Counted from the first letter of the stretch, positions 1-10,061 are shown. The stretch: DNA of 48,171 nucleotides from Aquificaceae bacterium (GCA_039630345.1 JBCNVD010000011.1:1-48171); one strand, 5' to 3'. A program made the numbers and translations. Notes: generated by a model from the sequence alone, not told the origin.

Positions 1-611
1 TCTGTTAGCCTGCCGCTTCCTCCGCAAGTTGGACAGGTTTTGCTCATTGTTAAAAACATCTGCCTGTAAACAACCTGTCCTGTTCCCCCACATGTTGGGC
101 ATACTCTCTCGCCTTTCGATTTGTCATATCCTAAACCTTTACAAACATCACACAAAACCTCTCTAGAAACCTCAACAGTGCGAACAGCCCCGTTAAAGGC
201 TTCTTCAAGGTCCATCTCAAGAGCGATGTGTATATCCTCTCCGGGTATTGCCCCGTAGCTTTGCTTTTTCGAGCGTGTCGCCCTTTCAAAGATATCTTCA
301 AACCCAAAACCTCTCAGTAGCTCGTCAAATATGCTGCTAAAGTCCTGTATGTTTTCTGTGGATGCTCCTGCTCCACCTGCGCTAAAGGCACTGTGACCGA
401 ATTTATCGTAAAGCTTTCTCTTTTCAGGGTCTGAAAGCACCTGATAGGCTTCGTTTATTTCTTTGAATTTTTCCTGAGCATCCGGGTCTTTGTTAAAATC
501 AGGATGATACTGCCTTGCCAATCTCCTGTAGGCTTTTTTAATATCTTCTATGCTGGCATTTCTCGAAACGCCAAGCACTTCATAGTAATCTCGCTTCGTT
601 GAGTGTGCCAT
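1..611 (-). CDS. dnaJ: Molecular chaperone DnaJ (5' part; runs off the window start)
   Basis: Not in the ORF track. Manual translation from ATG at 611 gives [65 protein letters not shown] (J domain with HPD), followed by a G/F region and CxxCxGxG zinc-finger repeats. Confidence 0.96.
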   Translation of the reverse strand, partial: MAHSTKRDYYEVLGVSRNASIEDIKKAYRRLARQYHPDFNKDPDAQEKFKEINEAYQVLSDPEKRKLYDKFGHSAFSAGGAGASTENIQDFSSIFDELLRGFGFEDIFERATRSKKQSYGAIPGEDIHIALEMDLEEAFNGAVRTVEVSREVLCDVCKGLGYDKSKGERVCPTCGGTGQVVYRQMFLTMSKTCPTCGGSGRLT

Positions 612-643
612 GTTTATAAATTTTAGTGTGCTATTATCAATTT

Positions 644-2029
644 TCAAGCATCAGTGCCACCTACGACCATAGAGCGAATCCTCAAGCTTGGCTGAGCATC
701 TCCTACGGGCACTCCCTGCCCATCTTTTCCACACATTCCAACAGCCCAGCCAAGGTCTTCTCCGACTGCCTCTACTTCTGTCAGGACCCTCGGACCATTC
801 CCTATAAGAAGAGCGTTCCTCACAGGATATACAGCCTCACCCGATTCTATTAAATACCCTTCAGTAACCTCAAACACAAAATCACCTGTAACGGTATTTA
901 CCTCGCCACCACCCATTCTCTTTACAAGCAGCCCCCTCTTTATGCCGGCAAGGATATTGCCTGAGGGTGAGCTCCCGGGCAGGATGTATGTGTTGCTCAT
1001 TCTAACCATCGGAACGTGCATATAGCTTTGCCTTCTGCCATTGCCGGTTGAAGCTCTTGATTCTTTCATGGCGCTAAGTCTGTCATACATATACCCAACC
1101 AGCACGCCCTTATCTATAAGGACAGTCCTTTGCGAAGGCACGCCCTCGTCATCTATGCTATAAGAGCCGTTTTTCCCCTCTAGAGTCCCATCGTCCACCA
1201 CGCTTATTAGCTCGCTTGCGACCTTCTTTCCAAGTTTATTTGCATAAACTGACATGCCCTTTTGCACAAGGTCTGCCTCCAGGCCATGACCTACAGCCTC
1301 GTGAATCATGGTTCCCCCCGCAGAGGAAGAGAGCACCACCTCCATGGTCCCAACCGGAGCAGGCTTTGCATTTATCAAATTGAAAAGCCGCCTGACGGCG
1401 GAGAGTGCGACATTTTTTAAATTCTCCTCTGTAAGTAACTCAAACCCTCCTGTGTGTCCGATGCTCTCATAAGAGCTCCTTAAACTTCCCTCTCTATCCT
1501 TTGCAATAACCTGTATGCGAAAGACCACTCTCTCTTGCTCATCTGATGCACTCTCGCCAAGAGAGTTTATTACCATAATCTTTCTGGACTTATCAGTTAG
1601 AGCTACAAAAACCTCTTCCAGCTCTAATCCAGATTCTTTTGCGTATTGAGTTAACATTTTCAGTCGCTTAAACCTCTCTTCAAGACTTACATCAGAGAGC
1701 TTTATCTTGGATTTTGTATTTCCCCTGTAACTTTTAAGTCCAAGTGCCACAGGTCCTTGACCGCTTGCTAGCGAGAGCCTCTTTGCCAGCTCTTTTAAAG
1801 TTTCGAAATCTGGCTCGCTGGCAAAGCCAAAGAGTGTAGTGCCGTGCTTTATCAGTCTCAGACTTACCCCTTCTTCTATGCCGACGCTTGAAAAGTCCAG
1901 TTTTGAGTTTCTACACTCAAGTCTGACTACTCTTACCTTTTCGTAAAAGATCTCTGCAAACTCGCCCCCGCCTGCTAGAAGAGAGGATAGTAAATACCCT
2001 GCTTTTTCTCTAATTAGTTCTTCGAGCAT
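644..2029 (-). CDS. tldD: TldD metalloprotease (TldD/PmbA family, catalytic subunit)
   Basis: [11 protein letters not shown] zinc motif, [10 protein letters not shown]...[10 protein letters not shown]-terminal [10 protein letters not shown]. Confidence 0.95.
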   Translation of the reverse strand: MLEELIREKAGYLLSSLLAGGGEFAEIFYEKVRVVRLECRNSKLDFSSVGIEEGVSLRLIKHGTTLFGFASEPDFETLKELAKRLSLASGQGPVALGLKSYRGNTKSKIKLSDVSLEERFKRLKMLTQYAKESGLELEEVFVALTDKSRKIMVINSLGESASDEQERVVFRIQVIAKDREGSLRSSYESIGHTGGFELLTEENLKNVALSAVRRLFNLINAKPAPVGTMEVVLSSSAGGTMIHEAVGHGLEADLVQKGMSVYANKLGKKVASELISVVDDGTLEGKNGSYSIDDEGVPSQRTVLIDKGVLVGYMYDRLSAMKESRASTGNGRRQSYMHVPMVRMSNTYILPGSSPSGNILAGIKRGLLVKRMGGGEVNTVTGDFVFEVTEGYLIESGEAVYPVRNALLIGNGPRVLTEVEAVGEDLGWAVGMCGKDGQGVPVGDAQPSLRIRSMVVGGTDA

Positions 2030-2053
2030 AAGTGGATAATATATAACCTATAA

Positions 2054-2395
2054 ATGGATATTCGCGAAAGACTGGAGCATTTATCAAGCAAGGCAAAGCT
2101 ATCAGACCCTTCAGCAAAGCTTGAGTTTGTAATGCTTGATTTGGAGCCAAGATGGATGCGCTGCAGAAGAACCAAAAGACTCGTTTTTGTGTTTCATAAA
2201 CTTGGCGCTGAGGAGGGTCAAACAGCCTGTGGCTTAAGGCTTGAAAAATATCAAATACTCCCCGAAAGACAGGAAAATCTCGTTATTACTCAGGTAAATA
2301 TGATGCTGGGTGGTCTCGGGCTTTTGGTGTTTTTTGACCTGTGCCCTGATTGTTTTGGAAACTTAAACAAATGCAGACCAGAAGAGGGGGCTTAA
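2054..2395 (+). CDS. Hypothetical protein, Cys/His-containing (possible metal-binding)
   Basis: 113-aa ORF filling the gap between tldD and the cytochrome c gene; H...TACG...CPDC residues; family not recognised. Confidence 0.6.
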   Translation: MDIRERLEHLSSKAKLSDPSAKLEFVMLDLEPRWMRCRRTKRLVFVFHKLGAEEGQTACGLRLEKYQILPERQENLVITQVNMMLGGLGLLVFFDLCPDCFGNLNKCRPEEGA

Positions 2396-2403
2396 AAGCC
2401 CCC
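2386..2403. terminator. GC hairpin between convergent genes, probable (bidirectional) intrinsic terminator
   Basis: GGGGGCT-TAAA-AGCCCCC, 7-bp stem. On the minus strand it lies 7 nt past the cytochrome c stop and is followed by TCTTCT (weak U-tract). Confidence 0.6.
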
Positions 2404-2410
2404 AACAGGA

Positions 2411-2704
2411 TTATTTAAGGCTCATTATCCACTGAGCGAGCTGTTTCGCTTCCTGGTCAGAGACATTTTGAGGTGGCATAGGGACCTGACCCCACACTCC
2501 GCGTCCGCCTTGCTTGATTTTCTGAGCAAGGTAGTCAACAGCGTCCTGCCTGGTTGCATACTTTTTGGCAATTTCCTTGTAGGCAGGACCTACCTTTTTA
2601 GCGTCGTTTGCATGGCAGGCCATACAGCCCTTTTGCTGTGCAAGCTGCTGGTTTGCCAGCGAAACACCGGCTATGATTAAAATCCCAAGCGCCAAAGCTC
2701 TCAT
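2411..2704 (-). CDS. Cytochrome c552 (class I, c551/c552 family) with signal peptide
   Basis: Signal peptide ending VSLA, CMACH heme motif, VGPAY, GVWGQVPMPPQ axial Met; SD GGAGGT upstream. Very similar to H. thermophilus c552 as recalled. Confidence 0.95.
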   Translation of the reverse strand: MRALALGILIIAGVSLANQQLAQQKGCMACHANDAKKVGPAYKEIAKKYATRQDAVDYLAQKIKQGGRGVWGQVPMPPQNVSDQEAKQLAQWIMSLK

Positions 2705-2761
2705 CTTAACACCTCCTTGGTTACTTTAAGGCTAAAATATCTAACGAGTGATTAAAAATCT

Positions 2762-3532
2762 ATGAAAATTGGGGTCTTTGATTCCGGCGTTGGCGGGCTT
2801 ACCGTGCTTTCTGAACTCAGGAAGCTCTATCCGCTTGCGGATCTGGTCTATCTTGGAGATACTGCCAGAGTGCCTTATGGTAATCGTTCGAAAGAGACAA
2901 TAGTCAGATACTCGCTTGAGTGTGCGAGTTTTTTTCAAAGGTCTAATCTTGACCTTCTTGTGGTTGCCTGCAACAGCGCAAGCGCCTGTGCTTTAAATGA
3001 CCTAAGAAAAGCTCTTGCAATCCCTGTTGTTGGGGTGATAGAGCCCGGGGTCAAGATGGCTCTTCAGATGGGCAGGGAAGGTCCTATCGGCATAATAGGA
3101 ACCCGCGCTACCATATCATCAGGGCTCTATAGAGAGCTCCTTAGCTCTGCAGGGAAAAGAGTTTTGGAAAAGCCCTGCCCCCTTTTTGTGCCTTTGGTGG
3201 AAGAGGGGATATTCAGCGGACCCTTGGCTAAAGCTGTTGTAGAGATGTATTTAAATGACTTGAAAATTTCAGGCGTTAAAACACTAATTCTTGGCTGCAC
3301 CCACTATCCTATGTTAAAAGCTACTATACAGGAGTTTTTCGGTCCGGAGGTCGCTGTAATAGATTCTGCTTTTGCAACTGCATTTTATGTTAAGGAATAC
3401 ATAAAGCCAGGAGGCTCTTCTAATCTAGAAGTATTTTTTACAGACATTCCTGAGCATCTTGAGAAGATAGTCAGCAGTATACTTCAAATCCCTGTGGAGA
3501 TAAAAAAAGCTCTATGCGATAGCAGGTCTTAA
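2762..3532 (+). CDS. murI: Glutamate racemase
   Basis: IGVFDSGVGGLTV, GDTARVPYG, VVACNSAS and LILGCTHYP catalytic Cys motifs. Confidence 0.97.
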   Translation: MKIGVFDSGVGGLTVLSELRKLYPLADLVYLGDTARVPYGNRSKETIVRYSLECASFFQRSNLDLLVVACNSASACALNDLRKALAIPVVGVIEPGVKMALQMGREGPIGIIGTRATISSGLYRELLSSAGKRVLEKPCPLFVPLVEEGIFSGPLAKAVVEMYLNDLKISGVKTLILGCTHYPMLKATIQEFFGPEVAVIDSAFATAFYVKEYIKPGGSSNLEVFFTDIPEHLEKIVSSILQIPVEIKKALCDSRS

Positions 3533-5719
3533 TTGCTCTTTCAAGAGTTCCAAAAGCTGATTTTTCATACTCAAAGCTCTTTCACCGAAAGTAAAAACCC
3601 CCCAGGCCAGCAATAGCTTTTCGTCTATTAATGCCCTCTCAGGATTTTTACCTACTGATTTCAAAATTGCCCTGGCTTCTTCTCTGGCTTTTTTCTCTGG
3701 CAGGTGTCTAAACTCTGCTATCTTCTGTATAAGAAGATCCTCTAAACTTATTAAAATTTCGTAAAGGATCTCGCTCTTTGAAGCTATTTGTGGGGGATTT
3801 ATGCCGGCCTCTTCAAGAGCAGACTTTATGATGTTTGCCCTTATGTGACCTATGCCCTTTATTCCGCCAAGGGATGCAAATTCTGGTTCTATACCATACT
3901 TGATAGAGTGTGCAATCATAAATTCTTTCTCAAGACCATAGTTAAAAATCCCCTGTTTTCTTGCGTCTATTAGGTTCCTTAGGACAAATATAGCATCGTT
4001 ATAAAGATAAGAAAACTCCCCCGGAGGGTTTTTTAAATTTCTTGTCCTTGCCGTAATACCCTTAATGTAAGCAAGAAATTGATGGGTATTGTCTTTTAAA
4101 CATAAGTTGCCACATATCAAAATGTTATCTTGAAGGTTTTTCCATATTAACAAACCATCGAGAAATTGTTCAAGACTGTCAAATCTCTTTGTATATAAAA
4201 GTGGTCTGATTACTATCATCTCTTCCAAGCCAAGAAGTTTGCGCCTGAGAGCTTCTTCAAGTCTAGTAGGTGGCACTCCAGAACGGATACAGAATGTGCC
4301 TTTCGGCATCAGCTTTGAGGATTCAATGTAGCCATTTTTTATCAAAAATTCTCTTGCGCTTTGTATTGACTTTTTATCTATATCCTTAAAAGATATCGAA
4401 TTTATTAAAAAGTTTTCACCACCATATAGATGCGTCAGAAGTACTATGAAGCTAACCATATCCTCATCTGTTTGACTCTTTATACAGGTGTTAAAGGAGT
4501 TTTTAAACTCATTTTCAAGTAAGTTTTCAGAGATGTTGCTGAAGCAAAATATGCAACCTTTGTCTTTTATACCAAATCTGCCTGCCCTCCCCTCCATTTG
4601 CATAATATCAAGAGCGTCCGGAACAATTTTTTGGCTAGACTTTTCCTTTATGCTCCTTACTGCTATTATCACTCTGTCTGCTGGCAAGTTAACGCCGTAG
4701 GCAAGTGTTTGCGTTGCTATAAGTGTCTTTAGTTTGCCTTCTCTGAAGGCTTTTTCTATGATGTCTCTTTCTTCCTTTGGCACATCTGAGTTATGAAAAG
4801 CAAGCTCAGGCTCATTCTGAGAGTCTGTCTCAAAAGGCAGAGTTTGATTGAGTATTCCTATTTTTTCTCTGCTTGCCAGTTCCAGGATTTTCCATCCCAG
4901 CTTTTTGCTTGGGACAAAAACAAGCACCTGCTCATCTCTGCCAGAGAGAGAGTAAACTGCGTTCAAAAGTCTCGATGCAAAAACCTCAGTAGTTCCAGAC
5001 GCTTTAAATAAGGGCTTAAACTCATCTACAAGACGGTGCACTTTCCTGATTAATTCTGTTGGTCTCCACTCGCTTTTTATCACAATAGAGGGTTTAATCC
5101 AGTTTATAAAATCATCTATCTTGGGAAGCGTTGCGGAAAGACATAGCAAACTTAGCTGGCGAGACATACATACGCTTATTAACTCTTCAACTACCCATCT
5201 TTTATTTATTTGATGAACCTCGTCTATCACTACATGGTCTATGCCTTCTATCCAGCTCTGGGCGTTTCTAAGACCTGACGCAAAGCTCTCAAAGGTTGAA
5301 ACTATTGCCCTTGCTTTTGAACTCTTTAGATTTTCAAAAAGACTCTCCCCTGTTCTTATATCACATTTTCCAAAAAGACTACTTAGCTCGCGTCTTTTTT
5401 CCATTGCAAGAGAGCGAGTAGGTGTTGCATATATCATTTTCCCTTGATGCTTAAGAGAAAAGAGGTAAGCAAGCAGGCTTTTGCCTGAAGAAGTAGGCGA
5501 AAATACTATTGCGTTTCCGCCTCTATACAGACTAAAAAATAGCGTCTGCAAGGGATTTAGGAATGGATATGGAATGTTTTTATCCACTATTTGAGAAGGG
5601 ATTAACTCAAGAGTCTGTATGTTCTGGCTATCAGTGGTTATAAACTGTGCTTCGCCGCCTGAAGGATTTAGGCTGTATTTACTCGATTTTAATAAGTTTA
5701 CAATCATAGTTTTTGCCAT
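3512..5719 (-). CDS. Ski2/Hel308-like superfamily 2 DExH helicase
   Basis: SPTSSGKS (motif I), DEVH (II), SAT (III), WRP, AFHN..., IATQTLAYGVNLPA (V), QMEGRAGR (VI), C-terminal HhH-like IKGIGHIRA. Confidence 0.85.
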   Translation of the reverse strand: MAKTMIVNLLKSSKYSLNPSGGEAQFITTDSQNIQTLELIPSQIVDKNIPYPFLNPLQTLFFSLYRGGNAIVFSPTSSGKSLLAYLFSLKHQGKMIYATPTRSLAMEKRRELSSLFGKCDIRTGESLFENLKSSKARAIVSTFESFASGLRNAQSWIEGIDHVVIDEVHQINKRWVVEELISVCMSRQLSLLCLSATLPKIDDFINWIKPSIVIKSEWRPTELIRKVHRLVDEFKPLFKASGTTEVFASRLLNAVYSLSGRDEQVLVFVPSKKLGWKILELASREKIGILNQTLPFETDSQNEPELAFHNSDVPKEERDIIEKAFREGKLKTLIATQTLAYGVNLPADRVIIAVRSIKEKSSQKIVPDALDIMQMEGRAGRFGIKDKGCIFCFSNISENLLENEFKNSFNTCIKSQTDEDMVSFIVLLTHLYGGENFLINSISFKDIDKKSIQSAREFLIKNGYIESSKLMPKGTFCIRSGVPPTRLEEALRRKLLGLEEMIVIRPLLYTKRFDSLEQFLDGLLIWKNLQDNILICGNLCLKDNTHQFLAYIKGITARTRNLKNPPGEFSYLYNDAIFVLRNLIDARKQGIFNYGLEKEFMIAHSIKYGIEPEFASLGGIKGIGHIRANIIKSALEEAGINPPQIASKSEILYEILISLEDLLIQKIAEFRHLPEKKAREEARAILKSVGKNPERALIDEKLLLAWGVFTFGERALSMKNQLLELLKEQLRPAIA

Positions 5720-6015
5720 AGATTTTGCATGTGTCTTAGGTCTTTGTCGGGCAGGAAAATCAAATTTGGCACTCTCTTTATTCTCATCCTTTTGGTGAGT
5801 TTTTGTCTAAGGTCTTTAGAGAGCGTCTGGAGGGTTTTTGCAAGGTGTGGTTCCATGTTTGGGTCAATGGCGGTAAAAAATACCTTCATATTCTGAAGGT
5901 CTTTTGAGATTTCAGAGCCTGTTAAAACCACCTGGCTTAGCTCTTCCTCAAGACTCAGGATTTTACTAAGCTCTCTTAGAATTTCGTGCCTTAGTCTATC
6001 ACTTCTTTGATTCAC
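5704..6015 (-). CDS. rbfA: Ribosome-binding factor A
   Basis: R.DRL...I.RELS.IL, ISKDLQNMKVFF, MRIKRVPNLIFLPD; GTG start. Confidence 0.9.
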   Translation of the reverse strand: MNQRSDRLRHEILRELSKILSLEEELSQVVLTGSEISKDLQNMKVFFTAIDPNMEPHLAKTLQTLSKDLRQKLTKRMRIKRVPNLIFLPDKDLRHMQNLWQKL

Positions 6016-6019
6016 GGCT

Positions 6020-6026
6020 TATAATA
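6020..6026. promoter_or_regulatory. Overlapping divergent -10 boxes for rpsF (+, TATAAT) and rbfA (-, TATTAT)
   Basis: 32-bp intergenic region contains TATAATA; TATTAT on - lies 5 nt before the rbfA GTG. Confidence 0.5.
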
Positions 6027-6047
6027 TTTTCCTTTGCTGGAGGAAGT

Positions 6048-6374
6048 ATGGCAAGGCGATATTACAAAACGCACAGGGATTATGAGAGTGTTGTGGTCTT
6101 TAAGCCTACATTAGGCGATGAGGAGATAAAAGCCAGAGTAGAAGATATTCAGGGGTTTGTTGATAAAAATGGTGGTAAGATTCTCTCTGTTGAAGAGTGG
6201 GGCGTTAAACAGCTGGCATATCCCGTAAAGGGCTTTAACCACGGGCGATACATAGTTTTCCATATAAGTTCTGATAACTCTCAGCTTATAAATGAGCTGG
6301 ATTTTCAGTACAGGATAAACGAGGATATAATAAGGTGGCTAAATTTCCAGAAAGAGCAGGTAGATGTTAAATAG
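6048..6374 (+). CDS. rpsF: 30S ribosomal protein S6
   Basis: YESVVVFKP, EEWGVKQLAYPV, INEDIIRW; SD GGAGG; first gene of rpsF-ssb-rpsR-rplI. Confidence 0.96.
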   Translation: MARRYYKTHRDYESVVVFKPTLGDEEIKARVEDIQGFVDKNGGKILSVEEWGVKQLAYPVKGFNHGRYIVFHISSDNSQLINELDFQYRINEDIIRWLNFQKEQVDVK

Positions 6375-6768
6375 AGTTTTGTTAATAGGAAGGGTGGTTA
6401 AAGACGCAGAGGTTATAACAACAAACACGGGCAGTAAGATAGTGAGCTTCTCTATAGCCTACAACAGAAATTATCAAGTAGAAGGAGAGTGGCGAAGAGA
6501 GGCGCATTATTTTGACATTAAAGCATATGGGGCTCTTGCCAGCGATAATGGCAGGGTCAATAAGTTGACGCGCGGGACTTTGGTTTATGTTGAAGGCAGG
6601 CTCGCTCAGGAGCGCTGGATGGACAAAGCCGGGATTACAAGAAGCAAAATAAGAATAGTTGCTGATATTATAAAACCGCTCTGTGTCAGTTCTGGCAAAG
6701 AGCCTCAAGATGAGGATTTTGATAATATTGAAAATCCTTATGGAGATATTGACTTTGATCTGAGGTGA
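6364..6768 (+). CDS. ssb: Single-stranded DNA-binding protein
   Basis: MLNRVLLIGR, G.LVYVEGRL...W.DK.G..RS; acidic tail; canonical position between rpsF and rpsR. Confidence 0.95.
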   Translation: MLNRVLLIGRVVKDAEVITTNTGSKIVSFSIAYNRNYQVEGEWRREAHYFDIKAYGALASDNGRVNKLTRGTLVYVEGRLAQERWMDKAGITRSKIRIVADIIKPLCVSSGKEPQDEDFDNIENPYGDIDFDLR

Positions 6769-6771
6769 AGC

Positions 6772-6990
6772 ATGGAACCTATAAAGAGGCAGAAAAAGTC
6801 TTGTCCTTTTTGTGAAGCGGGTAAAAACCCGAGCTACAGGGATGTTGAGGAGCTTCGCAAGTATATAAGCGAGCGAGGCAAGATACTTGGCAGAAGGAGA
6901 ACGGGTGTTTGTGCTTATCACCAGAGGATTTTGGCAAGAGAGATAAAAAGAGCAAGACAGCTTGGTCTTTTGCCATATTTAGTCGCTTGA
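6772..6990 (+). CDS. rpsR: 30S ribosomal protein S18 (zinc-binding C+ form)
   Basis: CPFC...YISERGKIL.RR.TGVCA.HQR...IKRARQLGLLPY. Confidence 0.97.
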   Translation: MEPIKRQKKSCPFCEAGKNPSYRDVEELRKYISERGKILGRRRTGVCAYHQRILAREIKRARQLGLLPYLVA

Positions 6991-7002
6991 GGTGATTGTG
7001 AT

Positions 7003-7455
7003 ATGAAAGTTGTCCTCGTGCAAGATTACGAAGATTTGGGGTCTTTTGGAGACATCATAAACGTTAAGGATGGCTTTGCAAGAAACTATCTTATACCCAG
7101 AGGCATTGCCCTTCCTGCAACAGATTCTAACTTAAAGCATATATCAACCATACAGAGCCACAAAAAACGCAAGTTAGATAGACAGAAACAAAAAGCCATC
7201 AACATAGCAAACTCGATAAACGGAAAAATCTTTGAAATCTATCGCGAAGTTGGAAAGGGGGGAAAGCTTTACGGCTCTGTTGGCGCTATGGACATAGCCT
7301 CTGCTCTTAAGGAGGCTGGATTTGAAGTTGAGAGAAAGCAAATCAGCCTTAAATCTCCGATAAAAGATGTGGGGATTTACACTATCGTGGTAAAGCTTCA
7401 TCCAGAGGTTATTGCAAACATAAAAGTGGATATAAAACCCTCACCAGGTTCTTAG
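7003..7455 (+). CDS. rplI: 50S ribosomal protein L9
   Basis: MKVVL..D...LG..GDIINVKDGFARNYLIP, GKLYGSV, IK.VG.Y...VKLHPEV. Confidence 0.97.
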   Translation: MKVVLVQDYEDLGSFGDIINVKDGFARNYLIPRGIALPATDSNLKHISTIQSHKKRKLDRQKQKAINIANSINGKIFEIYREVGKGGKLYGSVGAMDIASALKEAGFEVERKQISLKSPIKDVGIYTIVVKLHPEVIANIKVDIKPSPGS

Positions 7456-8607
7456 GTATTTTTGATAAGAGTAGAAACGCTCTTTGACCTCTTCCAGGCT
7501 GTCTCCTCCAAACTTTTCAAGGACCGCGTTTGCTATTACTATAGCTAGCATCGCTTCGCCTACCACACTTGCTGCCGGCAGGGCTAAAATATCGCTTCGC
7601 TCTTTGCCAGCTTTTACCTCTTCGTGGGTTGAGATATCAACGCTTCTTAAGGGTTTTGTCAGGGTAGGTATTGGCTTCATACCGCAACGCACAACAATCG
7701 GCATACCGTTTGTTACTCCCCCCTCAAGACCCCCAAGGTTGTTACTTAGACGAAAATATCCTACTTCTTCGCTCCAGGCAATCTCGTCGTGAACTTTGGA
7801 GCCAAATCTGGCGCTTGCTTCAAATCCAAGGCCTATTTCCACAGCTTTTATTGCCTGAATACTCATAAGCGCCTGTGCTATTTGACCATCCAGTCTTAAA
7901 TCCCACTGGGTATAGCTCCCAAGACCTGCGGGAACGCCTGTTGCAAAGACTTCAAAAACCCCCCCAAGGCTCTCACCGCTTTCTCGGGCATTTTCTACAA
8001 GTTTTATAAACTCCTGGTCAAATTTTGGGTTTGGGAATCTAAATTGTGATAGTTCTGCAAGTTCGTGACGCTCTATAAGGCCTTCTGGTAACTCAAATGA
8101 TAGATGAGCTATTTTAACCACATAGCTACCTATGTATATCCCAAGCTCGCTCAGGAACTTTTTACAAACTGCCCCTGCTGCTACCCTTGCCGTGGTTTCT
8201 CTGGCAGAAGCCCTTTCCAGAACATTTCTTAAGTCTCTGTGATTGAACTTTAGCCCCCCTGAGAGGTCCGCATGTCCCGGTCTTGGTCTTGTGAAAGCTA
8301 CCGCAAAAGGATGAGTCTCACCTTCTGGGTTCATTTTCTCCTTCCAGTTTTCCCAGTCTCTGTTCCATATTGCCATAGCTATCGGTGAGCCAAGGGTGGT
8401 TTCAAACCTGACCCCTGAGAGAAATTCAACCTGGTCTTTCTCTATCTTCATCCTGCCACCGCGCCCATATCCGCGCTGTCTTCTCTCTAGCTCGAGGTTA
8501 ACATCTTTTGGGCTAAGAGGCATATTCGAGGGAATGCCTTCCAGAATGCAAAAAACCCCCTTTCCATGAGATTCGCCCGCGGATGTAAATCTTATGCGCG
8601 TTAGCAA
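7441..8607 (-). CDS. aroC: Chorismate synthase
   Basis: AGESHG, RPRPGHADL, ERASARET, MKPIPTL, ERSD motifs; TTG start overlapping the rpmB stop. Confidence 0.97.
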   Translation of the reverse strand: MLTRIRFTSAGESHGKGVFCILEGIPSNMPLSPKDVNLELERRQRGYGRGGRMKIEKDQVEFLSGVRFETTLGSPIAMAIWNRDWENWKEKMNPEGETHPFAVAFTRPRPGHADLSGGLKFNHRDLRNVLERASARETTARVAAGAVCKKFLSELGIYIGSYVVKIAHLSFELPEGLIERHELAELSQFRFPNPKFDQEFIKLVENARESGESLGGVFEVFATGVPAGLGSYTQWDLRLDGQIAQALMSIQAIKAVEIGLGFEASARFGSKVHDEIAWSEEVGYFRLSNNLGGLEGGVTNGMPIVVRCGMKPIPTLTKPLRSVDISTHEEVKAGKERSDILALPAASVVGEAMLAIVIANAVLEKFGGDSLEEVKERFYSYQKYLRTW

Positions 8608-8798
8608 CTTGCTACCTTATTTACCTTACCCGCTTTCAGACATTTGGTGCAGACCCAGATTCTTCTTATGCTACCATCGGGCATTTTTACCCTGACTCTT
8701 TGGAGATTGGGCTTAAAAGTTCTTGAATTCTGCTCCGCAGAGAAAGTAACACTTTTTCCAAAAGACGTCTTTTTTCCACAAATGGCGCATACTGCCAT
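8601..8798 (-). CDS. rpmB: 50S ribosomal protein L28
   Basis: CAICGK...G..V.FS....R.FKPNLQ, WVCTKCLK; SD AGGAGG. Confidence 0.95.
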   Translation of the reverse strand: MAVCAICGKKTSFGKSVTFSAEQNSRTFKPNLQRVRVKMPDGSIRRIWVCTKCLKAGKVNKVASC

Positions 8799-8810
8799 CT
8801 TTGACCTCCT

Positions 8811-10061
8811 TTAGGTTCCAAGTTCCCAGCTATTTAAATATCTAATCTGCTCCTGAGTGAGGGTATCTATCTTAACTCCCATACTCTCTAATTTCATGCT
8901 TGCGACGCTTTTATCTATCTCCATAGGGACCGGATAAACACCAGGCTCGAGCTCGTTTTTGGTAAGGTATTGTGCGCATAGAGCCTGATTGGCAAAGGAC
9001 ATATCCATTACCGATGCAGGGTGACCTTCAGCACAGGCAAGGTTTACAAGTCTTCCCTGAGCTAAAAGGTATATTCTCTTGCCGTCTTTTAAGGTGTATT
9101 CTTCTACCAAAGGTCTTATTTCGCGAACGCTATTTGAGAGCTCTTTAAGAGTATCTATATCAATCTCTACATTAAAGTGGCCTGAGTTTGATATAATAGC
9201 CCCATCTTTCATAAGTTCAAAGTGCTCTTTTGTAATCACCGAGGTATTTCCGGTTACTGTTATGAAAATATCTCCTATTTTACTTGCTTCTCTCATGGGG
9301 AGCACAATATAGCCATCCATCCTTGCCTCAAGGGCTTTGATTGGGTCAACCTCGCACACATAAACAATTGCACCAAGACCACGGGCTCTCTGGGCTACAC
9401 CTTTTCCACACCAGCCATAACCTGCAACAACCACATTACAACCTGCAACAAGCCGGTTTGTTGCACGCATTATCGCATCAAGGGTAGATTGACCTGTGCC
9501 GTATCTGTTGTCAAATAGATGTTTAGTTAGCGCGTCGTTTACCGCAATAACTGGAAACTTAAGCTGGTTTTGAGATGCCATTGCTCTAAGTCTTATAACC
9601 CCGGTTGTGGTCTCTTCCATTGCGCCTATGATATCTCTGGTCTTTTCGGGAAACTCTTTATGTAAGGTGGATATAAGGTCTGCCCCGTCGTCTATAAGGA
9701 TTTTTGCACCGCTATTTATTACTTTTCTAAGGTGCTGGTAATATCTTTCTTTTTCTTCGCCTTTTATTGCAAAGACGCTGATAGAGTGGTTTTTAACAAG
9801 CGCTGCTGCAACATCGTCCTGAGTTGATAAAGGGTTCGAGGCACAAAGATAGACCTCGGCGCCCCCTTCTTTAAGGGTCAGAAGCAGGTTAGCCGTCTCC
9901 GTAGTTACATGCAGGCAAGCTCCTATTTTAAGACCTTTAAAGGGCTGTTCTTTGGCAAATAGCTCTTTGATTGATTTTAAAACTGGCATATCCTGGCCTG
10001 CCCAATTAATTCTTAGCTCTCCGATTTCAGAAAGTCCCAGGTCTTTAACATCAAAATCCAT
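8811..10061 (-). CDS. ahcY: Adenosylhomocysteinase (S-adenosyl-L-homocysteine hydrolase)
   Basis: [54 protein letters not shown]. Confidence 0.98.
   Translation of the reverse strand: MDFDVKDLGLSEIGELRINWAGQDMPVLKSIKELFAKEQPFKGLKIGACLHVTTETANLLLTLKEGGAEVYLCASNPLSTQDDVAAALVKNHSISVFAIKGEEKERYYQHLRKVINSGAKILIDDGADLISTLHKEFPEKTRDIIGAMEETTTGVIRLRAMASQNQLKFPVIAVNDALTKHLFDNRYGTGQSTLDAIMRATNRLVAGCNVVVAGYGWCGKGVAQRARGLGAIVYVCEVDPIKALEARMDGYIVLPMREASKIGDIFITVTGNTSVITKEHFELMKDGAIISNSGHFNVEIDIDTLKELSNSVREIRPLVEEYTLKDGKRIYLLAQGRLVNLACAEGHPASVMDMSFANQALCAQYLTKNELEPGVYPVPMEIDKSVASMKLESMGVKIDTLTQEQIRYLNSWELGT

Noticed and set aside
3512..5719. Helicase or the AAA+ fusion as part of an anti-phage defence island
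   Set aside because: Both are embedded among housekeeping genes, with no nuclease, methylase, toxin or mobility genes nearby; not excluded, but unsupported.
6013..6028. Similar sequence CACGGCTTA(T)AATATT at the rbfA start and the regulator start (32566-32580) as a shared operator
   Set aside because: Largely explained by a GTG start plus an adjacent -10 box; only two short instances.
6382..6921. 179-aa minus-strand ORF, and the many other 60-135-aa ORFs opposite or inside assigned genes
   Set aside because: Shadow ORFs of well-supported genes (here ssb/rpsR), with no recognisable motifs.
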